DNA of 63,775 bases, counting the filler, from Collodictyon triciliatum (lineage: Eukaryota), in the NCBI GenBank assembly GCA_043381765.1. It is 9 parts of 9 records of this genome, joined end to end, with 100 filler letters (N's around TTAATTAATTAA, not from the genome) between each part and the next. Parts side by side here need not be neighbours in the genome. Positions count along the whole stretch, not along the records: positions 7,589 to 15,072 come from JBHJMP010003876.1; positions 15,173 to 22,653 come from JBHJMP010003877.1; positions 22,754 to 30,230 come from JBHJMP010003878.1; positions 30,331 to 37,820 come from JBHJMP010003879.1; 5 more parts are not named here. The stretch is one strand, 5' to 3'. This document shows, one piece after another, positions 14,293 to 32,451 of this stretch (position 1 is the first letter of the stretch; every line of letters begins with the position of its first letter). The notes under the pieces are model-generated. The model was not told the DNA's origin. It made no database searches and saw only the letters and a list, made by a program, of their open reading frames with translations. Both the position numbers and the translations under genes were made by a program.

Positions 14293-14471
14293 GAGGAAGT
14301 GAGCCGCCGTCTATTTGCCTGTGCGATAAAACCCTGCCTTGCCTTGCCTCGCCTCTTTATCGGATGCGGCTCGCCCGCGGCCTGCGAGTCATGTGGCGGG
14401 CGTTTATGTGGTGGGGGGAGGCGCTACACATGATACAGGGGCAGAGAGAGGGGAAGGCGCCGCTTATGCGG

Positions 14472-14862
14472 TCATAGATACAGGGTCCTTTTCAGGTAGG
14501 CGAAGGGGGCGTCCAGGTACTGAAGCAGGGTGACCCTCTCCTCGCCAATCACGGGGAGAATGATGCTCGATGCAGACACGAGGATTTGGCCGGCCTCCTT
14601 GAGCCGCCTGGGGGTGGGGACGGGGAGCAGATGGCGGCCCATGCCGTAGAGGGCAACCGAGAAGAAGTGGAAGGCAAGGAAATTTGGAGACGGAATCAGC
14701 CTGGAGGCGCTTTGTCGTTAGCATGCGGCTGCCAGAGGCACGGGCAGGATGGGGGATGGGAATGCTCATACCCGCAAAGGAAGCCAACTGGGCCGGCAGA
14801 GTAGTAGCCCCCCTTCTTCAGGTAGTCGAAGCAGGCTGCTCTCATGATGGACATGCCAGGAG
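14472..14862 (-). CDS. SQLE: Squalene monooxygenase (epoxidase), last two exons only; 5' part is off the contig
   Basis: Exons 14862-14772 and 14700-14472 splice to MRAACFDYLKKGGYYSAGPVGFLCGLIPSPNFLAFHFFSVALYGMGRHLLPVPTPRRLKEAGQILVSASSIILPVIGEE, the characteristic squalene epoxidase C-terminus. Not present in the ORF track. Confidence 0.9.
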
Positions 14863-14974
14863 CTGGGATGAGGCGGAGTAGGGATTAGTTGAGTGAGCGA
14901 TTCGGCCCTCCGGGGGTCTCTGTGCCATTGATTGCGGTGTACCAAGTGTTTGGTAGCAGAGAGTGTGTGCTTCG

Positions 14975-14977
<3 letters not shown>

Positions 14978-15072
<95 letters not shown>
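14978..15072 (+). repeat. (GT)n microsatellite at contig end
   Basis: Read directly. Confidence 0.95.
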
Positions 15073-15172
15073 NNNNNNNNNNNNNNNNNNNNNNNNNNNN
15101 NNNNNNNNNNNNNNNNTTAATTAATTAANNNNNNNNNNNNNNNNNNNNNNNNNNNNNNNNNNNNNNNNNNNN

Positions 15173-15500
15173 CCAATCCCAATCCCAATCCCAATCCCAA
15201 TCCCAATCCCAATCCCAATCCCAATCCCAATCCCAATCCCAATCCCAATCCCAATCCCAATCTCAATCTCAATCCCTATCCCAATCCCAGTCTCAGTCTC
15301 AGTCTCAATCCAAATCCAAATCCAAATCCAAATCCCAATCTCAGTCTCAGTCTCAATCTCAATCCCAATCGCAGTCCCAATCGCAATCTCAGTCTCAGTC
15401 TCAGTCTCAATCTCAATCTCAATCTCAATCTCAATCTCAATCTCAATCCCAGTCTCAGTCTCAGTCTCAGTCTCAGTCTCAGTCTCAATCTCAATCTCAA
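15173..15500 (+). repeat. Hexamer array (TCNCAR)n encoding about 54 Ser-Gln dipeptides
   Basis: Variants TCCCAA, TCTCAA, TCTCAG, TCCCAG, TCGCAG and TCGCAA all encode Ser-Gln. The frame stays open into the Ser-rich ORF at 15624-15872. Confidence 0.85.
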
Positions 15501-18500
15501 TTCTTATCCCAATCTTTTTTCAATTCTCGTATTTCCTCTTATATCTCGGTTTCTTCAGAATCTCATGCTCGCACAAATGTTGCGTCTAGCAGAATCCTCC
15601 AACTCACAACCATATCATCGAAAATGCTTACATCTATTTCAAAGTCCCTTCATTCTTCTTCGTCAACGCAAAAATGCAATTCTGTATTCAGTTCTTATAC
15701 GTATCGTGCTCATAGCCATGGAAGAACGGTAAATTATGTATCATCTCATGTGTCCACCTCACCTGATGGATCCCAGTCTTATAGTTCTCTTATCAATGTA
15801 TTGAAGTCAAGCTCATCTGTATCTTTTGAAGGAGTTAAGTCGATGAATAGGTTTGACTTTTATTTTAACTGAAGAATATTTCAGTATTGAATTTTCTGAA
15901 ATTTTGCATCGCCTTCTAGTTACTCGGCTCCAAGTATTTCCTCTTTTAGCACTGTTGGTATAAAAAGGTTTTCTTTCATTCATCTTTATCATGTCATAAT
16001 CATTTACTAATATTGGCAATATATCCTTTTATACAATTCGACGGACATGCTTGTTATCAAGTAATTTTTACTTAATAATATTTATTCATGTTCGATCAGT
16101 ATTTTGAAAATGCACATCATTTTTTTATTTATTCTTGTAACTTGTGGTTTATTTTATTAGGGTTAACTATGGAGGAATGGGCTCGGTCCTGCTTTGAATT
16201 TGACTCATGCCAGTACAAACCGTCCCTGAATCGATCTTCTTTTCCATTTTATTGTCTCATTTTGGTCAAAGTTGACCTATCTTTCCCACTTTTCTCAAGG
16301 ATATCATCAAAAAACGTCAGTGTTTTTGAAATAGACTTTGATGCCTTGATGAAAAGCGAAGGTATCCCTATCTTTTACCCAAACAAGACTTATGGAAAAT
16401 TTTTGTTCTATTCTCAAGCGACTGCCATGTGTGGGGCAGAATTATACGTCACAGGTCAAATAACCAATGAGGTTTGATTTTTTAACTTTGGATCAGTGGA
16501 AAGGATGAAATCTTCTCTTTATCTTCTATATAGATATCTAAATCTAGATGATCTCATCCTTTTTAGATATATGTATACCCCAAACCAAGTTGTGGTGCTT
16601 TTATTGGTGACAACAAAACTATTAGCCTTCAGAATGAAAGTTTTCAATTAGGCCTAAATTTTCGGAAGAATTTGGATGATGAAAACAACATATGTGAATT
16701 TGTGCTTCATATATCGAGCTCCACTTATTTATCAGGATTTATATTTACGCTTCATAATGGTACTTTTGACGGAAAAAAGGTTGCAAATCTACACCTCCTT
16801 TATAAAGATTTAACAAGGTTACAAATTGTCCCACTGAGTAATTGGATCGGCGCTCTGAATATTTTTGTAAATGCTACATGCATGTACAATCAGAGCTTAC
16901 CTAGCTCATGTTTTTTTAATAAACGGCATGTTATTACACCTCCTATTCGAAATCCAAGAGTTTCATTCCCTCTCTACAAGATTGGCACAGTTAATACATC
17001 AATTATTCTGTATTATTACATCGAGATAATTGACGAGCAAAGAATGTCGGTCGCTTTCATAGATAATTTGCCTCTAGATTTAGATGTTACGGGTTTAAAG
17101 GTTTGAAGTTTTTTCTTCAATTAGTTTTCGATTCCTTTGTTCCATTACAATCTATATATAAGCATTTTAATTAAATTTAATGTAAGGCATTGGTTTATGT
17201 TGATGAGTTTGTAAAAATAAGGAAAATGAACTATTTCAAAAGTTTAAGTAATAAAAAAACCTCTTTGATACAGGAAAATTGCGTTTTAGTTCAGAATTAT
17301 GGCAATATTACCATGAAATCCAAGATATCGCGTTCTGTTTTGCTAACTCTTGTGACCAATACGAGCATAGAAAGGTTGCTGTTTCTTCTTTTATTTCAAA
17401 ATTACATTCTTTTTTTGGCACTTCAATAAAAAAATCTAACCTTGACTTTTTTTATCCTCTGTCAGCGATGATCATTTTGTGATGAATCGTCACCATTCGT
17501 TTGTCACTTTTATTTCACCTGATTCAATATCTGAATCAACTGACAGCTCTAATGAATTAGGTCTGCTTTATCATAATGAAAAAATTTCCTTTATTACCAT
17601 AAATAAACTTTTAAATGATATTGATCATTACAATAAGCAGGAACTTTGGAGTCTCCAATTTATATTACAACATCACAGAGCCTTACGATATCTCAACAAG
17701 TTCTAGACTCATGTATAAATCACATCATTTATTTGCAAGAAGCTCTTGTAAATCCTTTATTAATCTCGTGAATTTTATTTATTTAATTTTAATTTTAACT
17801 GCATGCCAATATGATTTTACTGATCGAGAGAATACTTTTTCCTACACATCCTTAAACAATTTGACGTTTTATAGATTCTGTGTGGCTTTTATGCCTTTCA
17901 TTTTCTGCTTTAAGAACGATAGATGCAACAATCGAAATAAAATATCGACTTAGATCAGGAGCTGAGCCTGTAAATGCTTACTTTACTTATTTTGAATCTG
18001 TACATATCTTCGTATAATATTGATTTTTTTATTATTTACTCATTAATTTGAAAATTAAAATAAAATAGGACTTGTTATTTTTGACAGAAGAAATTCAGTT
18101 GGAAAACATTTTAAATTCAGGATTTTCAAAAGCGGAGATTGAGAAAATAGAGTCAGAACGTTCCAAATCTATTATTTGGAACCTTAATGGAACACAAAAT
18201 ATCTTTATTGATAACACAAAGATACCTTTGAACTACACAAGCAAATATTTCATTGGAATCTACGTAACAAATTTATTTTTCATTAAGAAAAAAATCGATT
18301 TTTTTTTTAAAAAAAAATTCTAGTATTAATGGCTCACGACTTTTTTTTAGTCAAAAAAGAAGACATCCCTTTCAACTGAAATTGTGGCGCAAAAAATCAC
18401 TAAATCTTGGAATATATCTCCTGCATTGTCCTCTACCTTCGGGAACGTTGTAACTGCAGCAGGTTTTCAGAATGAAATATTTGATACCTGTAAATTAATT

Positions 18501-21500
18501 ATTCACATGGATTTTATTTATCATTCCTTTCTATCTGCACAGTGTTAATAGGTTTATGGTTCTTTCTTTAAACAGCATTTTTTTAATTCTAATCTCAATC
18601 ATTCTAGTTGTAACGTCTGTTTCAACTGCTGTTGCTTCAAGTGTTGCAAGTTCAGTGGGTGCATCAGTGGGTGCATCAGTGGGTGCATCTGTTGGAACCG
18701 GAACCGGTGCAGGTACCGCCGCAGGCATTGGTTCAAGTGCTGGTGAAAGTAGTGTTGCAAGTGCAAGTGGATTAATGGTTAAATTTATCTTATAATAAAA
18801 AAAAAACATTTGACCATAATGATGTGAGAATATCGAAAACTTGGTCGAGTAATGGAACCCAGTTTTCGATTACAAAAATATCTTGTAAACTCATAAATTG
18901 CTTATATTTCTGTAGAGAGCACTATGTGTTCTTGGACTTAAATTTTGCAAACAAACAAACAGGCTATGATCGGCCACGTACAATTTACAAATGTAATTTC
19001 CAGCACAAAAGCCGACATACCTTCTTCCGCCACTAATTTATCCAACTCTCTTGGTTGGGCGAACATGCAATTCGACCCGCCGTTCAGCTATAGTTTATCT
19101 TCTAATGCCAATAAGGTAATTCAGCTATTGTATATATATATATGGCATATTAATTAATTTCAAATTAAATCCACTTTCTCTCCTATTTTGTTTTACTATC
19201 AACTTATATACAGCTAAATCCAATCCATGAATTATGATTTTAGACTGCTTCCTTGGCAGACAAAGATCTAGTCAATGGAAAAAAAGGTGGAGTAAATAAA
19301 TTTGTAAGCTCTGGCTCGATTGAAAATGAGTCGCAGACAGAAGTCGATAAAAATGCAGTTTTGTTCATTGGAAATATTTTTTGGGTTCTTCTGTCGAGTA
19401 TTGTATTCTGTCTACTCTATATTTGTGCAATAAAATGGTAAGTACATATCAATCTTTATGGAATGAAGTTTATGAGTTCATATGGCTGGTATTTTTCTCT
19501 TCTTTTTTTTTTAACCAAAATATGTCCTGACATATATTGCTCCATATAAGGCACCGAAGAAAAAGACTACCGCTGCCTCCCATATTAGAACCTCCAAAAA
19601 TATTTCTATATGTTCTCCTATTTTTTTACTTTGGTGTTGCAAAGTCAGCTTCGTTAGTTATCATCGGAGATGGAAGTTTTACCAGTAACTTTGCAATATT
19701 AGTAATCATAATTTATCCTGTTGGATTTATAATCTATGTAATTCATTTTGACTTGTATCTGGAGAAGCGGTGGGCATTTTTTGTCTCTTCTGAAGAACGA
19801 ATGATCTACATGAAGAAAAAATATATTTCGAATGATATTGAATCAGGTTATTCGTTTGACAATATCTTGGTCGAAAAATCGATAATATTGGATTTGCCAG
19901 ACGAGAGTATATCTTCATCAACAGATATAACCAGAATAGACTCATCAAATATCACCCATTTGATACCATCTGAAGCTTGTTTAGAAATATCAAACGACAA
20001 GTTCATAATACACGATGATTTACTGATATCAAGAAAGCTGCAGACAGATATTCCTAATGGAAATGGTGGTGGTTCCTGTGACACAGTAGAAATGGTATCC
20101 TCTCGGTGCCATACAAAGCAGTATTATAATGATTACCCCCATATATCATCAGAGAAAGACGATGAAAAAGTAGAAAATGTCACCTGCTTATCCTCTAAGT
20201 TGAATGCAACAGGGCGGATAAATGAAGATGAAAAATGCCTTCCCATGTGGGTCCCTTATTTCGCAAATTACTTGTACTCAGACAGTCTTCGGGATGACGC
20301 TGGAAATCCCATCCTTATTGCAGAGGTTGAAGAACTTGAGTTACCAAATCAGTCCGTACATCAAAGAAGAAAAATGATTATTGAACAGTTTTATGATCCT
20401 AATCCCCCGTATATGAGGTTCATTCTATCTATTTTTTTATTATTTTATTATTATTATTTTATTATTTTATTATTTTATTATTTTATTATTTTATTATTTT
20501 ATTATTTTATTATTTTATTATTATTATTTTATTATTATTATTTTATTATTATTATTTTATTATTTCGGTTTATTTTATCGTGATTTTTTAATCACTCGGC
20601 CGTTTTTATTCTTTCGATAATATCATACAAGCGTTTTGCTATTTTAAGCTTCTTTTTTTTTTGTGTGTATTCGGAAAAAAATGAAGTCATTTATTTATGA
20701 ATATAACCTAGACTTGTAAGAACAAAGCACATATTCAACACAAATGCCCCAGCCGCTGCAGTCATTGGAGTATTTTCTTCTGGACAGCTAGTACATGTTC
20801 GGGACCTCGACAAGGCCGACTTTGAGAACAAGTCCATCGAATTTTACACAAAATCTAGTCACCTTACGAGCTCAGTATTCGAGCGTTATGGCCCTTTATT
20901 TTCGGAAACCCGGGTAAAATATGAGATAACATTATTGGCATTCCTAATTTGAGAGCCATGAAGCTTTTCTTAAATACACTCTAAAATAGAAGTATGTAAT
21001 ATATATATATTGATTTATAATAATTTCAGGGGTTTCGATATGGATATGTATCATTACTCATGGATATATTCAAAAAGTTTGCTACAAGTCTACTTTTGAT
21101 TCCAGTTATTGGTGCCGAGGCTCAATTTTGTGGGATGATTGTAGTTTATCTTTTGCACGCCTGCTTATTCACATACATCAGACCCTTCTACGAGAAGACC
21201 GAGAATATTGTATAGATTTAAAAGATATTACCGCACGATCTTTTTTTTGTAATCCCTCATCCTTCCCGTTTCATGAGTTATTTTCGCGGCTGATCCCATT
21301 TATTCTAAACTAACTTATTATTTGAAATATAACTTTAGGTGGAATCTCTTAGTTTCTTCTCCCAAACAATAACAATTATATCTGCAAGTGTGACAGTATT
21401 TGACAAAACTCCTCACCCGATCATATCAGAAATGATTACCATCGCAAATATGGCAGCCATGGCCATTCTTATTATGAAGTCAATATACTCTTCAGTTGAT

Positions 21501-22449
21501 ACGATTAGGACAGCCATTCCTGTAAGTCACTTCGATGTTTTAAGTTTCATTTTTCTTTATCAAATGTGCATCAATTTAGATATAACGAATTAGATTTTGC
21601 ATGTTAATTTTATTATGATGTAGATTATAAAAGACATTGCAGTTAAAATGTACCGAGATATGCGTATGTTTCTCAATTTTTTTCATACATCAATTTTTCA
21701 ATATTTCCTTAGATTATATTTCCTTGATCTATATATTAGAAATTCTTGATCCCATTCTCTTGTTTGAATGAATAATATGTAACTTGAGTATAATAATGAT
21801 ACCCCTTGAACAGAATACAAAGATCCTGTCGCTGAAAAGGAGAAAAAGTACATGAAAGAGATTGCTGATTCTCTCGAAGCGCCATTTGGAACCCACATAC
21901 GTGTTCATCATGGACATTCGGAGTGGTTTGCGGACTATATTCCAAAAACCACGTTTGGCTACTGCCCGAAGCCGATCAAGGGTACTCTATTCTTTTGTTA
22001 CTCTTTTTTTACAATTTATTTTTGTTTTTTGCTGTTGTTTACTGTACTGCTCTTTATTAATCTTTATTTCATTTTTGATTTCATATTTCTATATCTTCTG
22101 ATCATATTCATTTTTCAATATGATTGTAATATATTTCCTGCGCTTACGCTTATATTTTATAATATGTTTTAATAAGGATATGTACGTTTTATAATATTTT
22201 CAAGATGAACCGAATAAATTCTATATTAAAATATTAGAAATTCGCGCTGCAAGCAAAGAGGACATCCAAGAGCTTTTCATTAGCTTGAATATTTTCATCA
22301 ACCAGCAATCTCGTACACATCAAAAACTGCTTGATGGGGAGTTCTTGGTTACGTTGCAATATTGGGATTTTGTTCAATTATTAGGTCCAGATGCTGCAGC
22401 CCGACTGTATTACACGCTTCACCCTAAGAACGACCAGGACTTTCCCTGA
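15173..22449 (+). CDS. Large multi-exon membrane protein with Ser-rich ectodomain and TRP/FLC (PF06011-like) multi-pass C-terminal region; 5'-partial
   Basis: Small-residue segment VTSVSTAVASSVASSVGASVGAS, then MIGHVQF...LSNSLGWANMQF, several hydrophobic helices, RYGPLFSE and YIRPFYEKTENI. Many GT-AG introns; final stop at 22447-22449. Exon boundaries only partly resolved. Confidence 0.6.
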
Positions 22450-22951
22450 CGCATAAAATGATAATAACAATAATAATAATGAAGATAACTATTGCTCATA
22501 ATATTATATTTATCTTTATTATTAGATGAATATAATATCAGCTCATTTTTATTTTTTTATTTTTTATCTTTTATTTTTTATCTTTTATTTTTTATCTTTT
22601 ATTTTTTATCTTTTATTTTTTATCTTTTATTTTTTATCTTTTATTTTTTATCTNNNNNNNNNNNNNNNNNNNNNNNNNNNNNNNNNNNNNNNNNNNNTTA
22701 ATTAATTAANNNNNNNNNNNNNNNNNNNNNNNNNNNNNNNNNNNNNNNNNNNNCATAAAAAAACATAAAAAAACATAAAAAAACATAAAAAAACATAAAA
22801 AAACATAAAAAACATAAAAAAACATAAAAAAACATAAAAAAACATAAAAAAAACATGAAAAACTAAAAGCCCTATCCACCGTTTTTCGCAACGCGACCGT
22901 TCTTTTTCCCCACCCACGCCTGCGATCACAAGTCTTTAAGGAGGACACACA

Positions 22952-27499
<4,548 letters not shown>

Positions 27500-28334
27500 G
27501 TATTTAGAAAATCGATTTTATTGTGTTCTTTGCACATTTCATTGCATTTTTGAATAGTTTTCTGATTTCGAAAGAAGAAAGAGAAAACAAAAAGAAATAG
27601 AGGGAAAAGAGGGAAAAGAAAAGAAAAAGAAAACAAAGAAAGAAGAAAAAAAANNNNNNNNNNNNNNNNNNNNNNNNNNNNNNNNNNNNNNNNNNNNNNN
27701 NNNNNNNNNNNNNNNNNNNNNNNNNNNNNNNNNNNNNNNNNNNNNNNNNNNNNNNNNNNNNNNNNNNNNNNNNNNNNNNNNNNNNNNNNNNNNNNNNNNN
27801 NNNNNNNNNNNNNNNNNNNNNNNNNNNNNNNNNNNNNNNNNNNNNNNNNNNNNNNNNNNNNNNNNNNNNNNNNNNNNNNNNNNNNNNNNNNNNNNNNNNN
27901 NNNNNNNNNNNNNNNNNNNNNNNNNNNNNNNNNNNNNNNNNNNNNNNNNNNNNNNNNNNNNNNNNNNNNNNNNNNNNNNNNNNNNNNNNNNNNNNNNNNN
28001 NNNNNNNNNNNNNNNNNNNNNNNNNNNNNNNNNNNNNNNNNNNNNNNNNNNNNNNNNNNNNNNNNNNNNNNNNNNNNNNNNNNNNNNNNNNNNNNNNNNN
28101 NNNNNNNNNNNNNNNNNNNNNNNNNNNNNNNNNNNNNNNNNNNNNNNNNNNNNNNNNNNNNNNNNNNNNNNNNNNNNNNNNNNNNNNNNNNNNNNNNNNN
28201 NNNNNNNNNNNNNNNNNNNNNNNNNNNNNNNNNNNNNNNNNNNNNNNNACAAACAAACAAACAAACAAACAAACAAACAAACAAACAAACAAACAAACCC
28301 TGCGAATTTTTATCTTTATTTGGGTTCCTTACAT

Positions 28335-29713
28335 TTACGTATGTTCATTAGGGTATTGCTGCTCTTGGGCATGCTGCTTTTGAGACTGCTTCCGTATCCG
28401 GGGAGGAGGAAGCGGCGGAGAGGACTGCATAAAGGTCTCTTGAATCTGTACTTGCGGACTGATGTCTGGCGATACGGGTGGGGTGGATAGCGGAGATGAT
28501 TCGAGTGTCTGATCCGAATAGGGAGGCGATGGAGTAGGTGATGTTGTATCCGAGTCTGTAGGTACATGATAAATCCCAGGTGTGTAGAATGCATGAATAT
28601 CATCGAAATCTGGGATGAGCCATTCCTCCTCTGGGGCTGATTCATTCTACAGAGCGGGGAAATGTATGTTTTAATGCCATATTATGCAGGGAGTCTTGGG
28701 TGATAAAACAACAACAGAAAAAAAAAACGGAAAAGAAAAAAACGTTAACAACAACCCTGTGGTTTTTTATATAAATAATTTAATCCGTTATTACATATGA
28801 CCGCATGAAACATGCAGTTAATTAAAAAGATGAATACATGCGAAAATAAAGTATGGTGTATAAATCAATTATTCGGATGAATCGGCAAATAATCAGCATG
28901 ATATTTAACACACCAGGTTGAGTTTTGATTTTCGATAACGTTGTATATCTGGTTGTGCATCAATACCAAATCTAACATCTGGATTATTTTTGTTTCATTT
29001 TTAAAATAAAAAATTCAAGAATTATGATATCTGAGTTGGTCTGTACCGAGAGAACAACATATGCAAAAGATATTCGCAATACTTCGTCCCACATCAAAGC
29101 CAATATTTTATGGTAATGTGTGGGAGAGTAAAAGAAAAAAATTCACCCCCGACTCTTATAACTTCAAGAGATTCCCTTTGCAAAGGATAACCTGATGGAG
29201 TGATGAATAGACGGCCGACCTGTATAAAATATTATTTTTTTCAAAAAAAAATAATTAAGTTTCAGTAAATGATTGCTTTGATTATCAGGAATGGGAATAT
29301 ATGACAGTATAATTAATTTACACACTATGGAAAATAAGACAAAATTATCCTTGTTTTTGATTAATTCAGTACCGGAAGGTCATTCAGAGAAAAAACCACT
29401 TTTCCAGAACACTTATTTTCAGCATCTACCAAGTGAATCCCTTGTATGATATCATTAATTAAATGATGAGGTTGAACCTCTCAACTGGTGTAAATTGACA
29501 CGAAAAGAAAAAATAAAAGAAAACATGAATATATCTTTCGCTTTGAGTAAATGAATGCTGAAGTAGTAAACTGATCCCCAAGAACCAATACTAACCTTTA
29601 CGGAGCTCGGTTGTATCCTGAAACAGACGAAGTTCTTTTCTGAGGGGCTTTGGAATTGGAACCTCCCCAGCTCCTTCGGATTTACATTTCCAGCGCTGAA
29701 TGATACGCTTCAT
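28335..29713 (-). CDS. Hypothetical multi-exon protein with Pro/Ser-rich C-terminus
   Basis: First exon MKRIIQRWKCK...TELRK followed by a GT donor. Internal exon reads VGRLFITP (GRAM/PH-like, weak). Last exon NESAPEEEWLIPDFDD...SPPLPPPRIRKQ follows a TAG acceptor. Confidence 0.4.
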
Positions 29714-30330
29714 CTTTGGGGGTTTCTCTCTCGATTTTTCTCTTTCTGACCTTACCTTTTGATTTTTTTTTTTTTTTTTTTGCTGTTTAATACACATGGT
29801 TTCTGGAGTTAGTAAGGTTGTTACATATATATGCTTATGTTCATGAATTTTTTAATTCTAAAATCCACCATAATCTCCTAGTATGCATCCTTAATGATTA
29901 TTTCCCAACATTATCTTGCCATTTATTTGCCCGACTCGTTTCGTTTATTGTCTTTTACTTTGTTCCTTATACAATAGCTGCTTATCACTCTACAAACATG
30001 CAACAGTCATGTTTCTCACTCTCCTGTCCACTCCAAATAATAAAATAATATGGAACTGAAAAAAAGGAATATGGACATGCCTTTCGACACACATATCAAT
30101 ATACCAAAAGAAACATACACAGCAACGAATAAAACAAAATCCTTTTTTTTTTTTTTTTTTTTACGGCAAAAAAAAAAAAAGAAAAAATTCAAAACAAACA
30201 AAAAAAGAAGAGCACCAAAAAAAAGATCGTNNNNNNNNNNNNNNNNNNNNNNNNNNNNNNNNNNNNNNNNNNNNTTAATTAATTAANNNNNNNNNNNNNN
30301 NNNNNNNNNNNNNNNNNNNNNNNNNNNNNN

Positions 30331-30430
30331 AAGTAAAAAGTAAAAAGTAAAAAGTAAAAAGTAAAAAGTAAAAAGTAAAAAGTAAAAAGTAAAAAGTAAA
30401 AAGTAAAAAGTAAAAAGTAAAAAGTAAAAA
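30331..30430 (+). repeat. (AAGTAAA)n 7-mer repeat at contig start
   Basis: Read directly. Confidence 0.9.
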
Positions 30431-32451
30431 CTTTTGCCATGTGAATAGTACCCATGCATATATGTAATCGCTAATAGTATGGTTATTTTCTGTAAGTATC
30501 ACTTAAAATAAATTTTTATAAATTTTGATGGGGTTTTATAATGTTTTGTAAATTTCACTAATTACTTCATATGTATCATTCCGCTGTTTTCAATGTAATC
30601 TATCGACTTTTGAGGTACACGTGACATCTTTCTACAAGTTTTAATCATTTTCAACCCTACTTGGTGCATAGAAATGAGCCCAAATTTAGTTTCCGTACCA
30701 AGCTGACCTGTACCCGAAGCCTACTCGTGCTACTACTTTGAAAAAAAAGGCACAGTAACTATGCCAGGCTGTAGAAAAGTACAAAAAACTATTCCTATAA
30801 TGGAATAAAAGGCTTTTGAGCTACAGCATTGTTCATTTCAAATATATAATTGCCTTTGTCATGAATCTCAGTAATGGATTTTAAGAGATGGAATGTCATG
30901 AAAGAGTATAACAATTTTCAGATTCAATCATTTTCCCAATAACAACCAAAAATGAGCAACTGGATAATGAAATATATAGTAAGTAGGCAGTTCAAAAAAC
31001 ATTCAACTTTAGGGCTGCACGAATAAAGGAAAAATACTTTATGGCTCCATAAAATTACCACTGTGTACATAGTTTACTGAATTAAGTGCTTAATTGATGT
31101 TGTTGAATTATTTACGTTCGTGCTCTAGTCAGGTACGCAAAGGTTTTTCTATGGTTGTGTATGAGACACAGAGAAGAAAAGTGATTGATTTGGTATCCAG
31201 TACAATCTGTAGTTCAAGCAAACAATTTCTTTAAGTTTTTCCCCTTTATTCGATCCAAGGGAAGGAAGGATTTTTAGATTTTTCTACAGTCCGACGCGGC
31301 TGTTGTGCTTTGGTTCAAAGCAGTGAGGCGTGTCTATTAAGGGATGCAGGCCAGCAGGATACGGAAGCTGGATTCATGACTCGTCACTATGCAACCGAAA
31401 TGGTCGAGAATAATTACACCTCTAAGGAGCTGCAACTACCAAGGGCCTTGACCTGGATTCGATCACATCGCATTCATGATAAGATAACAGCAACGCCCTA
31501 GTAGGCACGATTAACATCCCAGCGTGCACAAAAAACTCGTAGAAAGAAAAGAGAGCCCCTAAATTGCTTTCTACCCAGCACCAAATTTTAATTCAATACA
31601 TATGTCGAAGTTATATAGTCCTGCCCTTATATGTTTCAGGTTTATATTTTTTTAAAATTTTGTCCTTACGATCGCTTCTAATTATTATGACATGGTTAAG
31701 TGAAGAAAATTAAGTATGGACTACTTTTGGTAGATACCCAATATATTTGAGTTTCGTGCTATGTACACCAGTGCTTTGAGCAGATGGGACAATTGTGCGA
31801 GAATAGAGGTGGTTGCGTACCAAGGTTGTGGGTGTTATGTCTCTGACTTTAGATACACAATCAAAATTTCTCCAATAAGCTAAATTTTGCAGTGCCTTCT
31901 CTTTGTCTATTCATGGAAATTAGAATAAATATGATAGTTTCTTACATTTTGTCTTATGTATATCACCACATGAATTTTTACTTGTATATAATGATGTTGT
32001 ATTGGATTTTTTCTCAACAGCATTTGTATTCCGGAGGCGGAATACAAATGCTTGCTGCACTAGCCAACTACCAGACAAGGAAGTGTTTCTTCCACATAAG
32101 GCTACATTCACAGAACATTTGCCTGGCTCTATGTGGTGCTATTGCTTTCCGTTGGGTAGAATTACTGCGGGGTAGCTTCGTTCTTTTCAAAAACAAAGTC
32201 TGTCAACGAAACCAAAACACCCTTATCATTTTCTATGCGCACCCAAAGTACCCTTCTATCGCCTATCAAATGGCATCACCCACGTGATACCTTTCGGGCA
32301 TAGTAGCAACAAAAACACCCACTGAGCAATACATCAACATATACTTCAATTTTCTCTCCTTTGAATCAAATAAAGGATTTTTTTTTATTTTCTCTTCTGT
32401 ACAGAACCAGGGCTCATTCAATCCGTCTTCGCTTATTTCATTTTTGCCACA

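Noticed and set aside
15173-15270. (CCCAAT)n at a contig start as a novel telomere repeat
   Set aside because: The variants are synonymous Ser-Gln codons in an open frame, and most other contigs also end in unrelated simple repeats.
15276-15500. Minus-strand (Arg-Leu)n ORF
   Set aside because: Antisense shadow of the Ser-Gln repeat.
16021-16030. ATATCCTTTT as a second U12 donor
   Set aside because: No matching branch site, AC acceptor or frame-restoring splice could be shown.
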